Numbered from the stretch's first letter, positions 12,801 through 25,918 are shown. The stretch is 64,000 nucleotides of DNA from Lingula anatina (GCA_051362555.1 CM120644.1:10176954-10240953), one strand, 5' to 3'. Notes: generated from the letters alone by a model not told the origin. Translations and numbers: made by a program.

Positions 12801-15800
12801 ACTGAACTTTGCAAATTTTGCTTCCCTTTTATCTCCAAAACTGGCAGAGATAGGTCCATAGTTTCTATTGAACTTGAATGGGAAGTCATATACTGGCAAT
12901 CTAAATGTGACCTTAAAATTGACCTTTGACCTACTTTTCACCATGAACTGAACTTTGCAAATTTTGCTTCCCTTTTATCTCCAAAACTGGCACAGATTGG
13001 TCCATGGTTACTGTTGAACTTGAATAGGAAGTCATATACTGGCAATCTAAATGTGACCTTAAAATTGACCTTTGACCTACTTTTCACCATGAACTGAACT
13101 TTGCAAATTTTGCTTCCCTTTTATCCCCAAAACTGGCAGAGATAGGTCCATAGTTACTATTGAACTTGAATAGGAAGTCATATACTGGCAATCTAAATGT
13201 GACTGTAAAATTGACCTTTGACCTACTTTTCACCATGAACTGAACTTTGCAAATTTTGCTTCCCTTTTATCTCCAAAACTGGCAGAGATAGGTCCATAGT
13301 TACTATTGAACTTGAATGGGAAGTCATATACTGGCAATCTAAATGTGACCTTAAAATTGACCTTTGACCTACTTTTCACCATGAACTGAATTTTGCAAAT
13401 TTTGCTTCCCTTTTATCTCTAAAACTGGCAGAGATGGGTCCATAGTTACTATTGAACTTGAATAGGAAGTCAAATACTGGCAATCTTACTGTGACCTTGA
13501 AATTGACCTTTGACCTACTTTTCACCATGAACTGAATTTTGCAAATTTTGCTTCCCTTTTATCTCTAAAACTGGCAGAGATGGGTCCATAGTTATTATTG
13601 AACTTGAATAGGAAGTCATATACTGGCAATCTAAGTGTGACCTTGAAATTGACCTTTGACCTACTTTTCACCATGAACTGAACTTTGCAAATTTTGCTTC
13701 CCTTTTATCTCCAAAACTAGCGAGATAGGTCCATAGTTACTATTGAAATTGAATAGGAAGTCATATACTGGCAATCTAAGTGTGACCTTGAAATTGACCT
13801 TTGATCTACTTATTATCATGAACTGAACTCTGCTAATTTCTTTCTCTTTTAACTCCAAACCTGGCAGAGATAGGTCCATAGTTACTATTGAACTTGAGTA
13901 GGAAGTCATATACTGGCAATTTACTGTGACCTTGAAAATGAGCTTTCACCTACCTTACAATGAACTTAAATTTGATTGTACCATTTTTAGTTTCATATAT
14001 TTTTTGCATATATTGAAAATTCTTGTTGATTGCATGTTTACAGCTTGTCAAGCACAAGACTGGGGGCTGTGTCCCTTATTTTGTGTATGTGGGGTCTATA
14101 CGAATGCGCTTGCTCCAGCTGGTGGTACAATATTCGGAGGCGGTATCGCCTCTCTGATCCTCTAGTTTAAGATGCATTTAAAGCAATTTAACATGTCAAG
14201 TCAAATACCAAAGAGTATAGTTTTATATTTCCAGAAAAAAATTATATTTGAAAAGATATTTCCTGCTTTCTTTGCATGCTATATATAAAAGCCTAGGTTG
14301 TTTTTTATGGTGTAATTATTCAAGTTGTATTAATTTTAAATATCACAATGGGCTGACATGATGTTGCTTCGATGTTAAGTCATGGCATGTGAAATTAGTA
14401 TGACAATATTATATCTGTTACTTACACTCATTAGAGAAACCAATGTAAATTTTAATGATTGAAAGTTTTATCTTTAAAATTAATTTTCTTGTCCTGCAGA
14501 ATTTGTTGCAGAGGGGGGGCAGGTGATGTAGAGGACAACACTAAATTTGAAAAGATGAAAAAACACAAGAAGAAAGAAAAGGTATTTTTTATATAATCAT
14601 TACATTTTATATAGCTTGTTTGTTTATATATATATATATCACGAGGGGCATACATCTAAGCTAAGTCAAGAAAAGTCTGAAGAAAGGCATAAGTAGTTCA
14701 TTGAATCACTGTTTGTTTCATGCCAGAATACTCTGGACATGTGAATAAACTAGAAAAAAAATACAAATCACAATGTGTGCTGTTAAATATGAATTAGTTA
14801 TAAATACTGTCTTTAAAGGCTCTTATTTAATGCTTATGTGGTTTAAAAAGGGAGATGAAGATGAAGAATTGCTGATAAAATGTCTTTAAAGGCTCTTCTG
14901 TATGTGAGTATTTGATAACAACTGTTATAGTTATTTGACTAAATAAGTTTGTTTTTTTTTTGATAAATGGTTGTTTTGGTTTGAAAAGGGAGAGGGAGAT
15001 GAAGAATTGCTGATAAAATCAGAGTCTGCAGAGAACCTGGAAGAAACTTCACCCTCACAAAAATCCTTGCAAAAATCTGTAAGTACTTGAAAAAAAAACA
15101 ACAAAAAACAACTAAACTGTTAATAAGTGTTTCTATTAAAACTGAAATAAAGAAACAATGCTGTATAATTGTTGATTTTTTAAACAAAATTCAGAACATT
15201 ACTTAACTATCATTTGAGATGATATACACCTGTGGCTTTCAAAGGTTTTTAATTAAATGGTTTGTGCCCGATTCAATTGCATGCATGCAAAAAAAGAAAA
15301 AAAAAGAAGGTTCTTAGCAAAAACTGGAATTTTCACTGGCTACATGTAAAATTTACCAATAATCTTAAAAGCTGCTCCCCTTGACTTTTTCTGTCCATTG
15401 GGCATTTTTCTTCTTGACATATTTGCCTATTAATAAATATATAATTGTGACCATATATTTGTTAAAAGCTTTGAAAGCAATCTGAAAGAGTCCACTTTAC
15501 ATTGTTTGCTGTCCATTTTTAGCAGTGCAAGCTATTAAAGAATTATTGTGAAACAGGCCATCATGTCAATGGGCAGTTGTGGGACAGACATCTCACACAA
15601 TTTCTTTTTAAAAACTTTTACAGGGTGAGGCAATCTACATGACCCCAGAACCATTCAGGAAGACCAGCAGTGTGGCTTCTCATGGCTCACAGGGAAGTAG
15701 AAAGGTGAGGTCACAGATGCAGTCTGTGACTTTGAGCACAGGTCCCAGTTTTTTTTTAAGAAAAAATAATAATTAAATAAACCAGTCATGTTGACTAGGA

Positions 15801-18800
15801 TATCCATGAGACTCGGTGTTGTAACACTGTTCCTGATAGGGTAAGATGTGTACATGTGTCCAATGTAATTAAGTTCTTAGCCAGAGAACCTGACAAGTTT
15901 TTTTTTTTTTTTTTTTTTTTTTGTGAAACAGGGGCCAGGTCTTGGCAAGTATACTAGACTGTAGATTTGGCACCAGATCTAAAAAACGAGAAATTGAGAT
16001 TTTCAAAGTTATTTAGATTTATGTATTATTGTATTATTATTATTATTACCAATTTGCAACCCGAGGGTTGGATAATTACAATCATTGCATCTTAGTTGGA
16101 TAAAACCATTAGTAAGTAAGAATAAAGGAATATTAAGAGACATATGTAAGCAAATTTAAAACAAAATATCAAAAATGCAAGGTTAAAAAAAGAAATAAAA
16201 GTCTATCAGTTAATTCTGAAACTTGTATATAGCACTTGTTAAAAAGTCACTCATTGATCGTTTGGTTTTAATTTTGGGTCTTTTGAATGTTTCCTGTTCC
16301 CTTAATGAATATTTGACATTTTGTTTTGGTTGTAAAAGATAATGCAGTCTATGATCCGGTTCATTTGATATTTATTGCATGCACTGAGCCGTCTTTCACT
16401 CTGTAGTTCAAGTTTACTATGTTCACAAGCAGCATCATATTCAAGATCAGGATAAATTATCTTAAGAGCTCTTTCTTGAGACTTTTCTACTAAGGCAGTC
16501 AATTCATTCGTTAACCCAAAGTGCCAGACAGGGGCAGCATATTCCAAAACCCTATGACTGTGTGGTAATAAGTTACAAGGTCATCAGTTGTAAGGCCTGC
16601 ATGCTTAAGGTGCTGTAAGAAATAAATCCTTTTGCATGCTTTTTTAGTGATTTTGTCTAGTGATTTAATTTAAAACCATTAATTTTTCTCGAGAAAAAAT
16701 TTATTAATTTTTTTTATCATTATTTACATTGGCACAGGGAAGCAGGGCATCCGTTAGCTCAGTGAGATCAGTTGGTGGTGGTAGTGGTCGGGGATCCAGG
16801 CAGAGCATCCCTGGCTCTCAGCAGGGCTCACAAGAATACCTTTCAGAATCCACGAAAAGAAAGAACAGGCAACATGTAAGGTTTGGGTTAATAGCGTTCA
16901 CTGCTTCAAGAAATATTTTTGCACGTCTGCATTGGCTTTGATGTAATAGGTCTAGAAGTAAACTGTAAATTAAAGTACTAAGACTGAAAAAGTCAGATAA
17001 AATATAGCACACTTAGGTCAGTTGGCAAGGGTTTTATCTGCACTGTTGAGAATTCCATCCCTACTATTATAAACATTAAGACTTTCTTCATAATCGGTGG
17101 TTGATCAATGTGGTATTTACATCAGATATTTGGTTCTTTGGAAAATCATGGGTTAATTGTTCCATGCATGCACAATTGATGGACATTGTATATAAAGATC
17201 TGTAGTTTATCAGTCTAAAACAAAATACTAGCAGTAATATATCAACATTGTCAAAAATAAAGATGAAAACATAAAAATGAAAAGGTTTCTAGTTTTGGCT
17301 ATGGGCAGGTCAAAGTATAACAACATTTGATATTTGATGACCAATTAAAAAAGATTAGATGACCCATGGTGTTGTATTAGAGATTAATGGACCATCACCT
17401 AGTTATCACACGCCTCAGCTTGTCCTACCACAAACAACAGAAGTTTTCTCATAAAGAAGTAGAATTTTAAGTAATCTGTGAATCTCAACATGCAGATGGA
17501 CAGCCCAGGAACATAACCTCTCGTTTCTGCTAATATGGGGAGCTTCACTTTAGACAAGATGCAACCTGATAATGTATTACTGTTTAGTAACACAGGTCTG
17601 TATTATTATTACTTCAGATGATATGTGGCTGTGGTGACACATGTGAAAAGTGTGCTCCAGTTTATGAAGAGATGTCGAGAAGTTTGAAGAAGGCCAAAGG
17701 AGATGTGAGTAACATTGAACTGATTTGAGCTGTTTATTAGTAATAGCTAAAAGAAAATCACAGGGATCCGTAAAATATTGTACTTGTATTTTTTTCTGCT
17801 GTTCGTGGGTGTCGTCAAATCTACTTGAATGTGTCATTGTTGTAATTTACAGTTTGGTTGGTTTTAGTCACAGAAATTTTTATGTACAGACACAGATGTG
17901 TCTGTACATATTGCCATCACCTGCGTCTGTTGTCGCCGATGCCGATGCCGTCGCCGTGCACTTTCCTTGTAAACACCATAAGTGGAAGACAGTTTTACTT
18001 TTTGGCTTTATATTTACAGAGCTGACTAATATTCATAAAACGCAGGTCAAGTTCGAAAATCAGCATGATCGGGCCATTATTGTAGAATTTATGCTGTTTT
18101 TTCACTTTTTATTTAGCATATATGCAACACTGTTAACACATTTCAAGGAAAACCGGTAGGCCTGTTGTCATGAAACTCACAGGAGTAATCAATCTTACAA
18201 AGACTCAGATCAAGTTCGAAAATCGGCATGATCGGGCCACTATTTTAGTAGTTATGCTGTTTTTTTCACTTTTTAGCATATATGCAACACTGTTAACACA
18301 TTTCAAGGAAAACCGATGGGCCTGTTGTCATGAAACTCACAGGAGTAATCATTCTTACTAAAACACAGGTCAAGTTCGAAAATCAGCATAATCGGGCCAT
18401 TATTTTATAAGTTATGCTGTTTTTTCACATTTCCTCAGATTCAATTCTTAGGCATGTTAACAGTCTCATTATTTAACTAATAAGATTCGCAAAAGTGTTT
18501 GTTTGACATTTCCTGCATCTTTACAACATTGTTAGTTGATTATGTAAAAATGATGGTAAACTTGGTATCATGTATTGTATAATAGAGTTTCAAAAATGGA
18601 AATAAACTCATATCATTGCAGTTTGTCAGATTTAATCATTCACTATGTTCAGAAACTCCTAATGGAGGAAATTGGACATTAAACACTGTTCTATTGATAT
18701 TTTTCCCATCTCATCAATTTTCTTAGTTGATCATATAAAAATGGCAGTAAATTGTTAATTTTGTTATATGTAAAAAAATTGTTAAAAATGGAAAAAAACA

Positions 18801-20411
18801 CATTTCAGGACAGTGCTGTCTTGTCTACATTTTGGCATTTTCAAGGTGTGACTTTGAAGTTCCATGGGCCTGAAGACCTTTGCTAGGCACATTTTCTGAA
18901 TATCCATGATATTGATATTTTATTATTAAAAATTGATGGTTATTATCCTGTTAAACATTATGTAATATTGCATCAAAATTTGAAGAAACCCCTATTTTGG
19001 ACACTGCCCTCATGATGACCATTTAAGGAAAACCATGTCACTTACTGTTCTCAAACTTACAGGAAGAAACATGGGACTTAAATAAAGCTTCAGTGGGCAA
19101 TGTAGTCTATTTGGTAAATTTTTCTGGCAGTTAATCAGTCTTTTGTGAAAATTTAATTTTTCACATATTGGCATTTTCAAGGTGTGACTTAGAACCTCCA
19201 CGGGCTCTAAGACCCATGCTAGTCACATTTTCTGAAAATCCATGATACGGATCTTTTATTATTAAAAACTGATGGTTATATGCTGTCAAGCATTATGTAA
19301 TATTGCATTAAAATAGAAGAAAACACAATTTTGGGTGCTGCTGCCATGATGACCATTATGGGAAAACCACGTTACTTATGATTGTCAAACTTTCAAAAAA
19401 GAAACAAAGGACTAAAATGCAGCCTGAGTTGGAAAAGCAGTCTAATTGGCTTCTTTTTAGTGAAATATTTATTTTTATCATGTTGGCATATTCATTGTGG
19501 GACTCGAAGCTCCCATGGACATGAAGCCAAATGGTAATCAAATTTTCTACATGTCCATGCTATTTATAGTCAATAATCAAAAATTGGTGATAATTATTCT
19601 GTAATTTATTATGTAATGTTACATCAAAATTGACAAAAATCTTTTTGCACTGCTACTACAAACATTATGAAAAGAAAACTGTGTTACTTATTATTATTTT
19701 CAACTTACAAGTATGATTTGTAGGATTGGCATGCAGTTCAAATAAGAAAGCCAGCTCAAATGGGTTATCATTTATTATTGAATTTAAGCAGTTTTATGTG
19801 AAATTTTCATTTTTCTCATTCTGGCATTTTCAAAGTGTGAACTAGTACTCCCATGGGCCTGAAGCCTTACGCTTGTTACACATTTCACTTACATTGGTAT
19901 TACCTGTTGAGCATAATTAAAATTTGATGTTGAATTTGCAGTTAGGCATAATGTACTTTTGCATCAGAATTGACAGTGGCCTATTTTGTGCATTGTTATT
20001 GTCTGCTTTTTGTCTGTACATTTGACAGCTTTGCTGCCTTGTTAAACAACAATTTTAAAAAATATTAAATAAGTTTTTAGAAGAATGTAACATCATTAGG
20101 CTCTTTTCTTTTCTTTTATACAACTTTTGTAGCAACATCTTACAATGTTTATCTTGAAAAGAAATTTTTGAATATTTTCATGTAATATATAAAATGTTAT
20201 TAACTGTGTACAAACATTCTTCTTCCAGCGTCTCAGAGCCTCCATGCTGAAACGGCAGCCCAAGTCTGAGGACGGTTCCCGCAGCAGCGTGAGAAGCGCC
20301 AAGGAAGAGGTGACCGAGGAAGTGACAGAGATTGTGGAGGAAGAAGTGGAGGAAGTGGAGGATGCTGCTTCTGGTGACTCTAGTGAGGCAGCCAAGTCTG
20401 ACACGGAGTAA
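6891..20411 (+). CDS. Single-pass membrane protein: LRRs + LRRCT + Thr/Lys-rich mucin stalk + basic coiled coil + TM + Ser/acidic cytoplasmic tail (5' exons not identified)
   Basis: Phase-consistent GT-AG exons 6891-6962 (72-bp LRR exon VLDGNPIKQIDDGFLSPAPKLKNL), 7461-7535, 7829-8619 (CDCSWW LRRCT-like, KPTTTT repeats), 8819-8938, 9227-9282, 9762-9878 (TM LFIIIAASVLFLVVVVLVAY), 11312-11361, 14500-14581, 14989-15078, 15624-15704, 16738-16875, 20229-20411 (stop TAA). Confidence 0.8.
9920..10087 (+). mobile_element. ~170-bp MITE
   Basis: TIR CAGAGGCGGAT ... ATCCGCCCCT. Related copy at 29910-30081. Confidence 0.7.
11393..14166 (+). mobile_element. HINE family B full-length copy 1 (DINE-1/Helentron architecture) with 146-bp satellite array
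   Basis: 5' subTIR ATTGTACCACCAGC with adjacent inverted copy GCTGGCGGTAC and (CCGCCGGCT)n microsatellite. 3' subTIR GCTGGTGGTACAAT at 14118-14131, hairpin GGAGGCGGTATCGCCTCT, end CTAG-T. T-rich insertion site, no TSD seen. Confidence 0.85.
12390..13960 (+). repeat. 146-bp tandem satellite, about 10.7 units
   Basis: TAGTTACTATTGAA recurs at 12421, 12567, 12713 and onward (period 146). Each unit has TGACCTTGAAATTGACCTTTGACCTA or a close variant. Confidence 0.95.
16020..16665 (-). mobile_element. 5'-truncated CR1/L2-type non-LTR retrotransposon remnant
   Basis: Frameshifted RT C-terminal peptides (KKACKRIYFLQHLK; EYAAPVWH...QERALKII) and an (AAT)n-like 3' tail. Confidence 0.75.
17882..20043 (+). 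mobile_element. HINE family A copy 3 (intronic)
   Basis: Both family A termini present. High similarity to 137-2600. Confidence 0.8.
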
Positions 20412-21988
20412 AAGTACCCTCTCTAAAAGTCTATGATAAGGACAGATGTGGACATCTCACACCTTCCATTTTTCCACTGATGATAGTACAAACCTTGCCC
20501 AGCAAATCATTTACCCAGGATAATAACACTAAAGCCTGATACAGAGAAGTTTATTTATTAATGACTCAGTACTGTACAGTATGAGATGACCATGGTTTTC
20601 CTGGGCGGACAGAAGTGGTGCTTATTGTCCAACTTGAGTGAGCAGCCAACCCTGATACTAAGGGAACTCTTTCTGGTTTAATACAATCTCAAATCCTACA
20701 GAAAACTTTTAACTGTTTTACTTCACTAAAAAAATCCCATTTAGGACTACATTTACTTATAGAAGACAGATACTGTTCAGTTTACTATGTATGTTATAGT
20801 AAACAGAATGTATTTTAATGAATTGGAGTTTCTTGCTCCCCATTTTTTTTTTTTACCTTACTAGGTAGCATAATATTTGTATTATTTGTGATAGTAAATT
20901 CAACCTTGTTTATAGTGTAAATATTTTACTTGTTCATAACCAAACCTTAATATTAGAATCTGTTTTGTGAATCTATTTTTTAAGCTCAGCATAAAAAAGA
21001 AAAAAAAAAAAAAGAATTTTGCACTTGACCAAGGACTTATTCAGCTAAAAATAAGTCTTGACATTATTTGTTAAGCATTTGGTTTAAATTCAATTTAAAT
21101 GTATTATGTACATTTGAGCCCAAGTTTGTGAGGAGTCTTATCAAGTTGAATTAACATTCGAGTAAACAACAAGTTCTCAGATATACTTGGCATAGCTCTA
21201 GTTAAGCTTCTTGAAATATCACGAAGGCAAAATCCCAGGACAAAATTATAAAAGGAGCTCAAACTTTTGTGAAAATAAAAAGTTGTTTAGGGTTGTTCAT
21301 GTGAATGTTTTGAATACTGCAGCAAAGGATGCTATCCTCTTTTTTTCTTTCATAATATTTCCCTTCACATAGACAAATATAGTACTATTACATTAATTTG
21401 TTAGAGTTGAGAGCTATTTCATACCATGCTTTCCCCAAATTTTAGACTATTGGTGATTACTGACCATGTTGACCATTTACTGACCTTTTATTGATCATAG
21501 ACTGCACACTGCTTGGGAACAGTAGTGTTTAAAGAAACCACAAGGATTGATTGCTGCTTAGCCTGACCAAATGTCGTCTTGTAGTATCAGATAATATAAC
21601 TTTTAATTTACTCCAAAAAATACCACAGGGTTGTTTCACTATTTGCCTTTATTTTTCATTTCATCACAAACTGGAGGGACGAGTTAGAGGGTCATGTTTA
21701 CAACCAGAAATTTAAAGATGCAGTTAAAAAAAAAAAAAATCCTTTTTCTGCTGCCCAAGTGATTAATTTTAGTTCAACTTGGTTTTTTGGCATGTGGATT
21801 TGTTGTGGAAGTTACTGATAGTAGCAATTTGTACATGTGACAGGGAATATACGTTAGCTGTACTACTGCTTGTTATGTATGTTTTGACACAAGTGTATAA
21901 AATGATAAATGTTACAACATCATACATGATTTATTACGTACCAAGAGGAACAGAAGATTCTAGAAATTTTGATATAAAATGAGCCCTG

Positions 21989-22134
21989 GGCTCCGCATCT
22001 CGAAAGGTTCGCTATGTTGCGCACGTGCGCAAGTGTCTCGATTCCATAACCGATTCTATTTCGAGATACGGGGCCATGGAATCGAGACGCTTGCGCACGT
22101 GCGCAACATAGCGAACCTTTCGAGATACGGAGCC
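21989..22134. mobile_element. Palindromic PIF/Harbinger-like MITE
   Basis: ~60-bp inverted arms GGCTCCGCATCTCGAAAGG.../...CCTTTCGAGATACGGAGCC, flanked by CTG on both sides. Confidence 0.75.
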
Positions 22135-22137
22135 CTG

Positions 22138-22871
22138 GCCCCCGTTTCACAAAGAATCTTTAATCCGTAGACGTCTTACTCGAGCTGGGTGGCCTAGCTA
22201 GGTCGACTTAGCTGAAGTCGACTTGGAGTGTTTCACAAAGAATCTAACGTCTTAGCTTGGCGTGCTTACCGTAGTCGACGCGCACGAGAAACTCTTCAAG
22301 AAAAGGAGGTGTAAAATTGCAAAAGTTTCACAAGACATGACGTTTCATGGCCTCTTTCGGCCGAGAACGATTGTTTATCAACAATAAAAGTCAGCCAAAA
22401 CACAAACAAAGTTTGTTTTTGAACTTTATTGATAAGTTTAACTTCAGTACAACTTCAAAGTAACAGTTAAACATTAGCTTGTCGTGGAACACTACTGAGG
22501 GACGTCTAGCGGTCAAAAACATAAACAAACACGCGATCGGCTGGGTAAAGTGGAATTTTATTTTTTATTTTAATATTCCATAAATGTCAGTGCTATTCAA
22601 GGATATTATAACACAATATCTTGAAGGAGGTATGTTCTTTCCAAATTTTTGTTGTTTATGCTCTCATTTACCGAGTTTTAGTTGAGCTTGCCGACTTAAG
22701 TCTCCTCCCGAGGAGGCTTGACATCGTCGACTTACAGCTAAGAAAAAAACGACGTAAGCGACCTTTTAGATTCTTTGTGAAACGGGACTTAGTGACGTAA
22801 CGACTTAATTACGTTGGTAACCAAGCCCTAAGTCAGGGAAACCGACTTAAGTTTTTTTGTGAAACGGGGGC
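22138..22871. mobile_element. PIF/Harbinger-like MITE
   Basis: TIR GCCCCCGTTTCACAAA ... TTTGTGAAACGGGGGC, CTG flanks, internal repeats of the TIR motif. Confidence 0.8.
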
Positions 22872-23079
22872 CTGAAGTCTATTTCAGGCAACTGACTGGC
22901 AAGACTATTTTTCCAGGAACATTATTCTTGACATCTGTGAAACTGGGACATTTGAAGTCCATTTCCCAAACATATTTCACAATGACCCAATCAATCCAAG
23001 CCTTTGTCATTTATCGTGTATATCCCTTCCACTATCTCACAGAGTTTGACAGTTATTTGAATTTCTTTATTAATAAATC

Positions 23080-25584
23080 TCACAAGTTTTCTATCACATC
23101 CTCTGTGGTCGCAAATTTCTTCTTGTCTGCAATGTCCTCATTTCTATGAGTCCCATCACAGTAAGGTCTATTGTCACTTTGTTTACACTGGCACAGCCAA
23201 TAGTCCTTGGTCTCTTCCACCTCAAACCTAATGGGGCGGAATTTCATGTGTGACTTGGTGAATGATGATCCATCCAACTTTTTGTGGCTGCCATCACACA
23301 TTGGCTTAAAAAAAAAGGTTGAAACACACTGTCAGCATCTGATCATTTACAGTGTAATTTAAAGCAGTTTTTAATCATAAGAAACTCATTTGTTCCCAAT
23401 AAAACGGGTATAATAATAACTTACAATGGACCAGAATTTTGATGAGCAAATATGTTATTTTTACAAATCAAAGGAACTCCACACAGCTCTGTTGGGTGTA
23501 TTTTCTCTCAATAAATACCTTATTCTCCTTCCTTAAAAGAACAATTTAAATATATCACCCTCCCCCTCCCCCAACTTTAAAATCTAGGGGCAACCTAAAC
23601 TTCAAATGACATTTAGTCTAGGGATTTGTTGAAACTGGTTCCTAGGTTTCAATAATGTGGTAATAAGGTAATATGGATGCAGCATGGTTACCCGGTAAGG
23701 ATTTTTTTTTTTTGGTCACAATCTAACCTTTTTTGCCATATTCACAAATATGCTTTGATGGCCAAAGGTGGGTACAGTATGAGCAAGAATTAGTTCTCGA
23801 CAACCAACCACTGGTGACACAAACAATAACTAGTAAATGTCAGTGCAGACTGAGAAATATGTCAGACTGACATCCAAAACCTGTCTATGGCTCTGTTCTC
23901 ACAACTTTTAGATCGATCTATCACCGCGGGGAGTCTCACTAGATTACCGTCAGATAATCCCCCTTAAGTGTCTGTCCCCGCCTACTACAAGCTTTAAGGG
24001 GTAATTAACTTTCGTGTCCGCCCGGCTGACAGCTATTAAGCGTGAACCCCCAGGGAGTTAGGTCGATCCAATGTAGGTCGATCTAATCTATGAGAATGGG
24101 GTGTATGAGTATCACAAATACTCGTAGTGTGTGGCTAAAAAAATGTCTGCTAACAAGAGTAAAAAACAGCATCTCTGCCCCCACCTGCGTATGACTGAGA
24201 CCACATGTACACCACGCATATTTCTTCCCTGCCTCTAGGGTCACCTTGATAGGCCTGTTGTCTGCTATACTACCCTTGGGGAATCCTTGCCAGTCACCTG
24301 AACATAAAAACACAACTCCAATATACCATGTAAGCATACTGTAAGTCTGTGATTAAGCTGGTCAATTGATGAAAAAATGTTATAAATCTGGTAGGGGCTG
24401 TAACAAACGCAGAGAAGAACTCGATAAATGAATTATGGATAATATGACAGTTGTATACATAACTGCAACTTTGTGGCTTTTTTGGAAGACACCAATCTCC
24501 TCTAGACTGGGCCAATGAAATAATGCATTAGAAATACTGTTCCCCAGTCCCACAGTTTCTTTACATTGATATTCTAATTAGAACTTTTAAAACTAGATAA
24601 TCTAGAAAAGCAATCAGAAAGTGGAGAACTTTACTAAGGCAGCTGAACTGTCATGATTATTAATTAATGCACCAAAATCTAATTGTTTCTAAGTTGGTCC
24701 ATATGAAAGTATTTTGATATTTAAATGAAAACATGTCTAAAATACTTTCAATCAGAATGCTTGATAAAAGCCAACAGAACCCAAAACATAACCTCCTTTA
24801 ATTTGCAGGGTTTAATCAATATCATAAGTTTCTGATACATAAGAATCACCTGGATATTTTGGCTTTTCCATCAACTGTGGCCCTCTACGATTGTGGAAGT
24901 CAGATTTAAATGGTTTCACAGGTTTAATCAAGATCTTTTTGTAAGGCCCCCTATGAACCTTAGGAATAGGTTTACGATAATCTATACCTGGGTTTGGGCC
25001 ATGCAATGTCTTGGATGCAGAACGAATTGCTCCAATTCTCTGAAATATAATGAAATAACCATATGTGTAATTACAATGTCATTAGGAGTATATCCTTTCG
25101 TTCTCTCTAAATAGAGGGAAGGGACACATCCCATTTCTTCATGATGAAAGGGCAGGGCTCCCCACATACATGTAAATGTCAGCGGAGTGCAACCGACAGA
25201 ACACAAAATGTAAATAAACCACCAAAATGCAATGATACATGGAAACACACCGAGTTACCAACATACAAGGCTGACCTAGAGCATTGTAATTTATGAAAAC
25301 TAAAGTAAGACTAGATTATGTCAGCTTTTTGCGACGCAGTAAGTACCAAACATGCAACTTTTTGGAAGCTTAAGGCAGAAAACTGAGGCAATGTTGACGA
25401 GTGCATAATGAAGACCGCAAGAGATGGCCTTGTCTGCCGAACAGGATGTTGGATTTCAACATTGAATTATCTGTATTTTTTGCATCGGAAACAAAACAAA
25501 ATATAAAACACCCATTCTCACCGCGAACTGCTGTAGAGATCCGACATTTAAAAGGCCAAGTGTGTGCCTCGACAGCATCGCCAT
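23080..25584 (-). CDS. CISD3: CDGSH iron-sulfur domain-containing protein 3 (MiNT), mitochondrial
   Basis: Exons 25584-25522 (MAMLSRHTLGLL.., transit-peptide-like), 25039-24850, 24297-24185, 23304-23080. Two CDGSH motifs (WCTCGLSHTQPMCDGSH; LCQCKQSDNRPYCDGTH) and no TM helix. Confidence 0.92.
23891..24100. mobile_element. Palindromic MITE-like element in CISD3 intron 3
   Basis: TTCTCA..TAGATCGATCTA / TAGGTCGATCTA..TGAGAA inverted ends. Confidence 0.5.
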
Positions 25585-25918
25585 TTTTGATCACGTGATT
25601 TCGCCCCGCAGTGATGAATTTATGTTGGAAATAAATTGTTTTAAAGTTTGATCATAATGGCATATTTTTGTTTCTGGGTTCATTTCATTACCAGTGTCAT
25701 TCCTTAATGGCAAAGTTTACAAGTTTGCTGAACGACATGTGTAATTATAACGTATTCAGTCAATCATAGTTCACATTTCATTAAGTGCGGAGCACAATCA
25801 CACAGCGTGTCATAGCAACAAACGAAGTGTGTGAGAGAGGTGCATAAAATAGTTTCTCGGTATATTACGGCCCTTTTCTGGAAAATTTATCACGATAAGA
25901 TAGAAGAACAAAATCAAT
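25585..25918. promoter_or_regulatory. Bidirectional promoter region CISD3/SPAG6 with E-box and X-box-like motif
   Basis: Start codons separated by 334 bp. TCACGTGA at 25591-25598, RFX X-box-like GTGTCATAGCAAC at 25807-25819, YY1-like CGCCATTTT over the CISD3 ATG. Confidence 0.55.

Noticed and set aside
12390-13960. CRISPR-like regular repeats
   Set aside because: Whole units are repeated with no unique spacers, there are no cas genes, and the context is eukaryotic.
25370-25594. Minus-strand ORF as CISD3 exon 1
   Set aside because: It hits a stop without a usable donor. The ATG at 25584 with a GTGAGA donor at 25521 fits the downstream phase.
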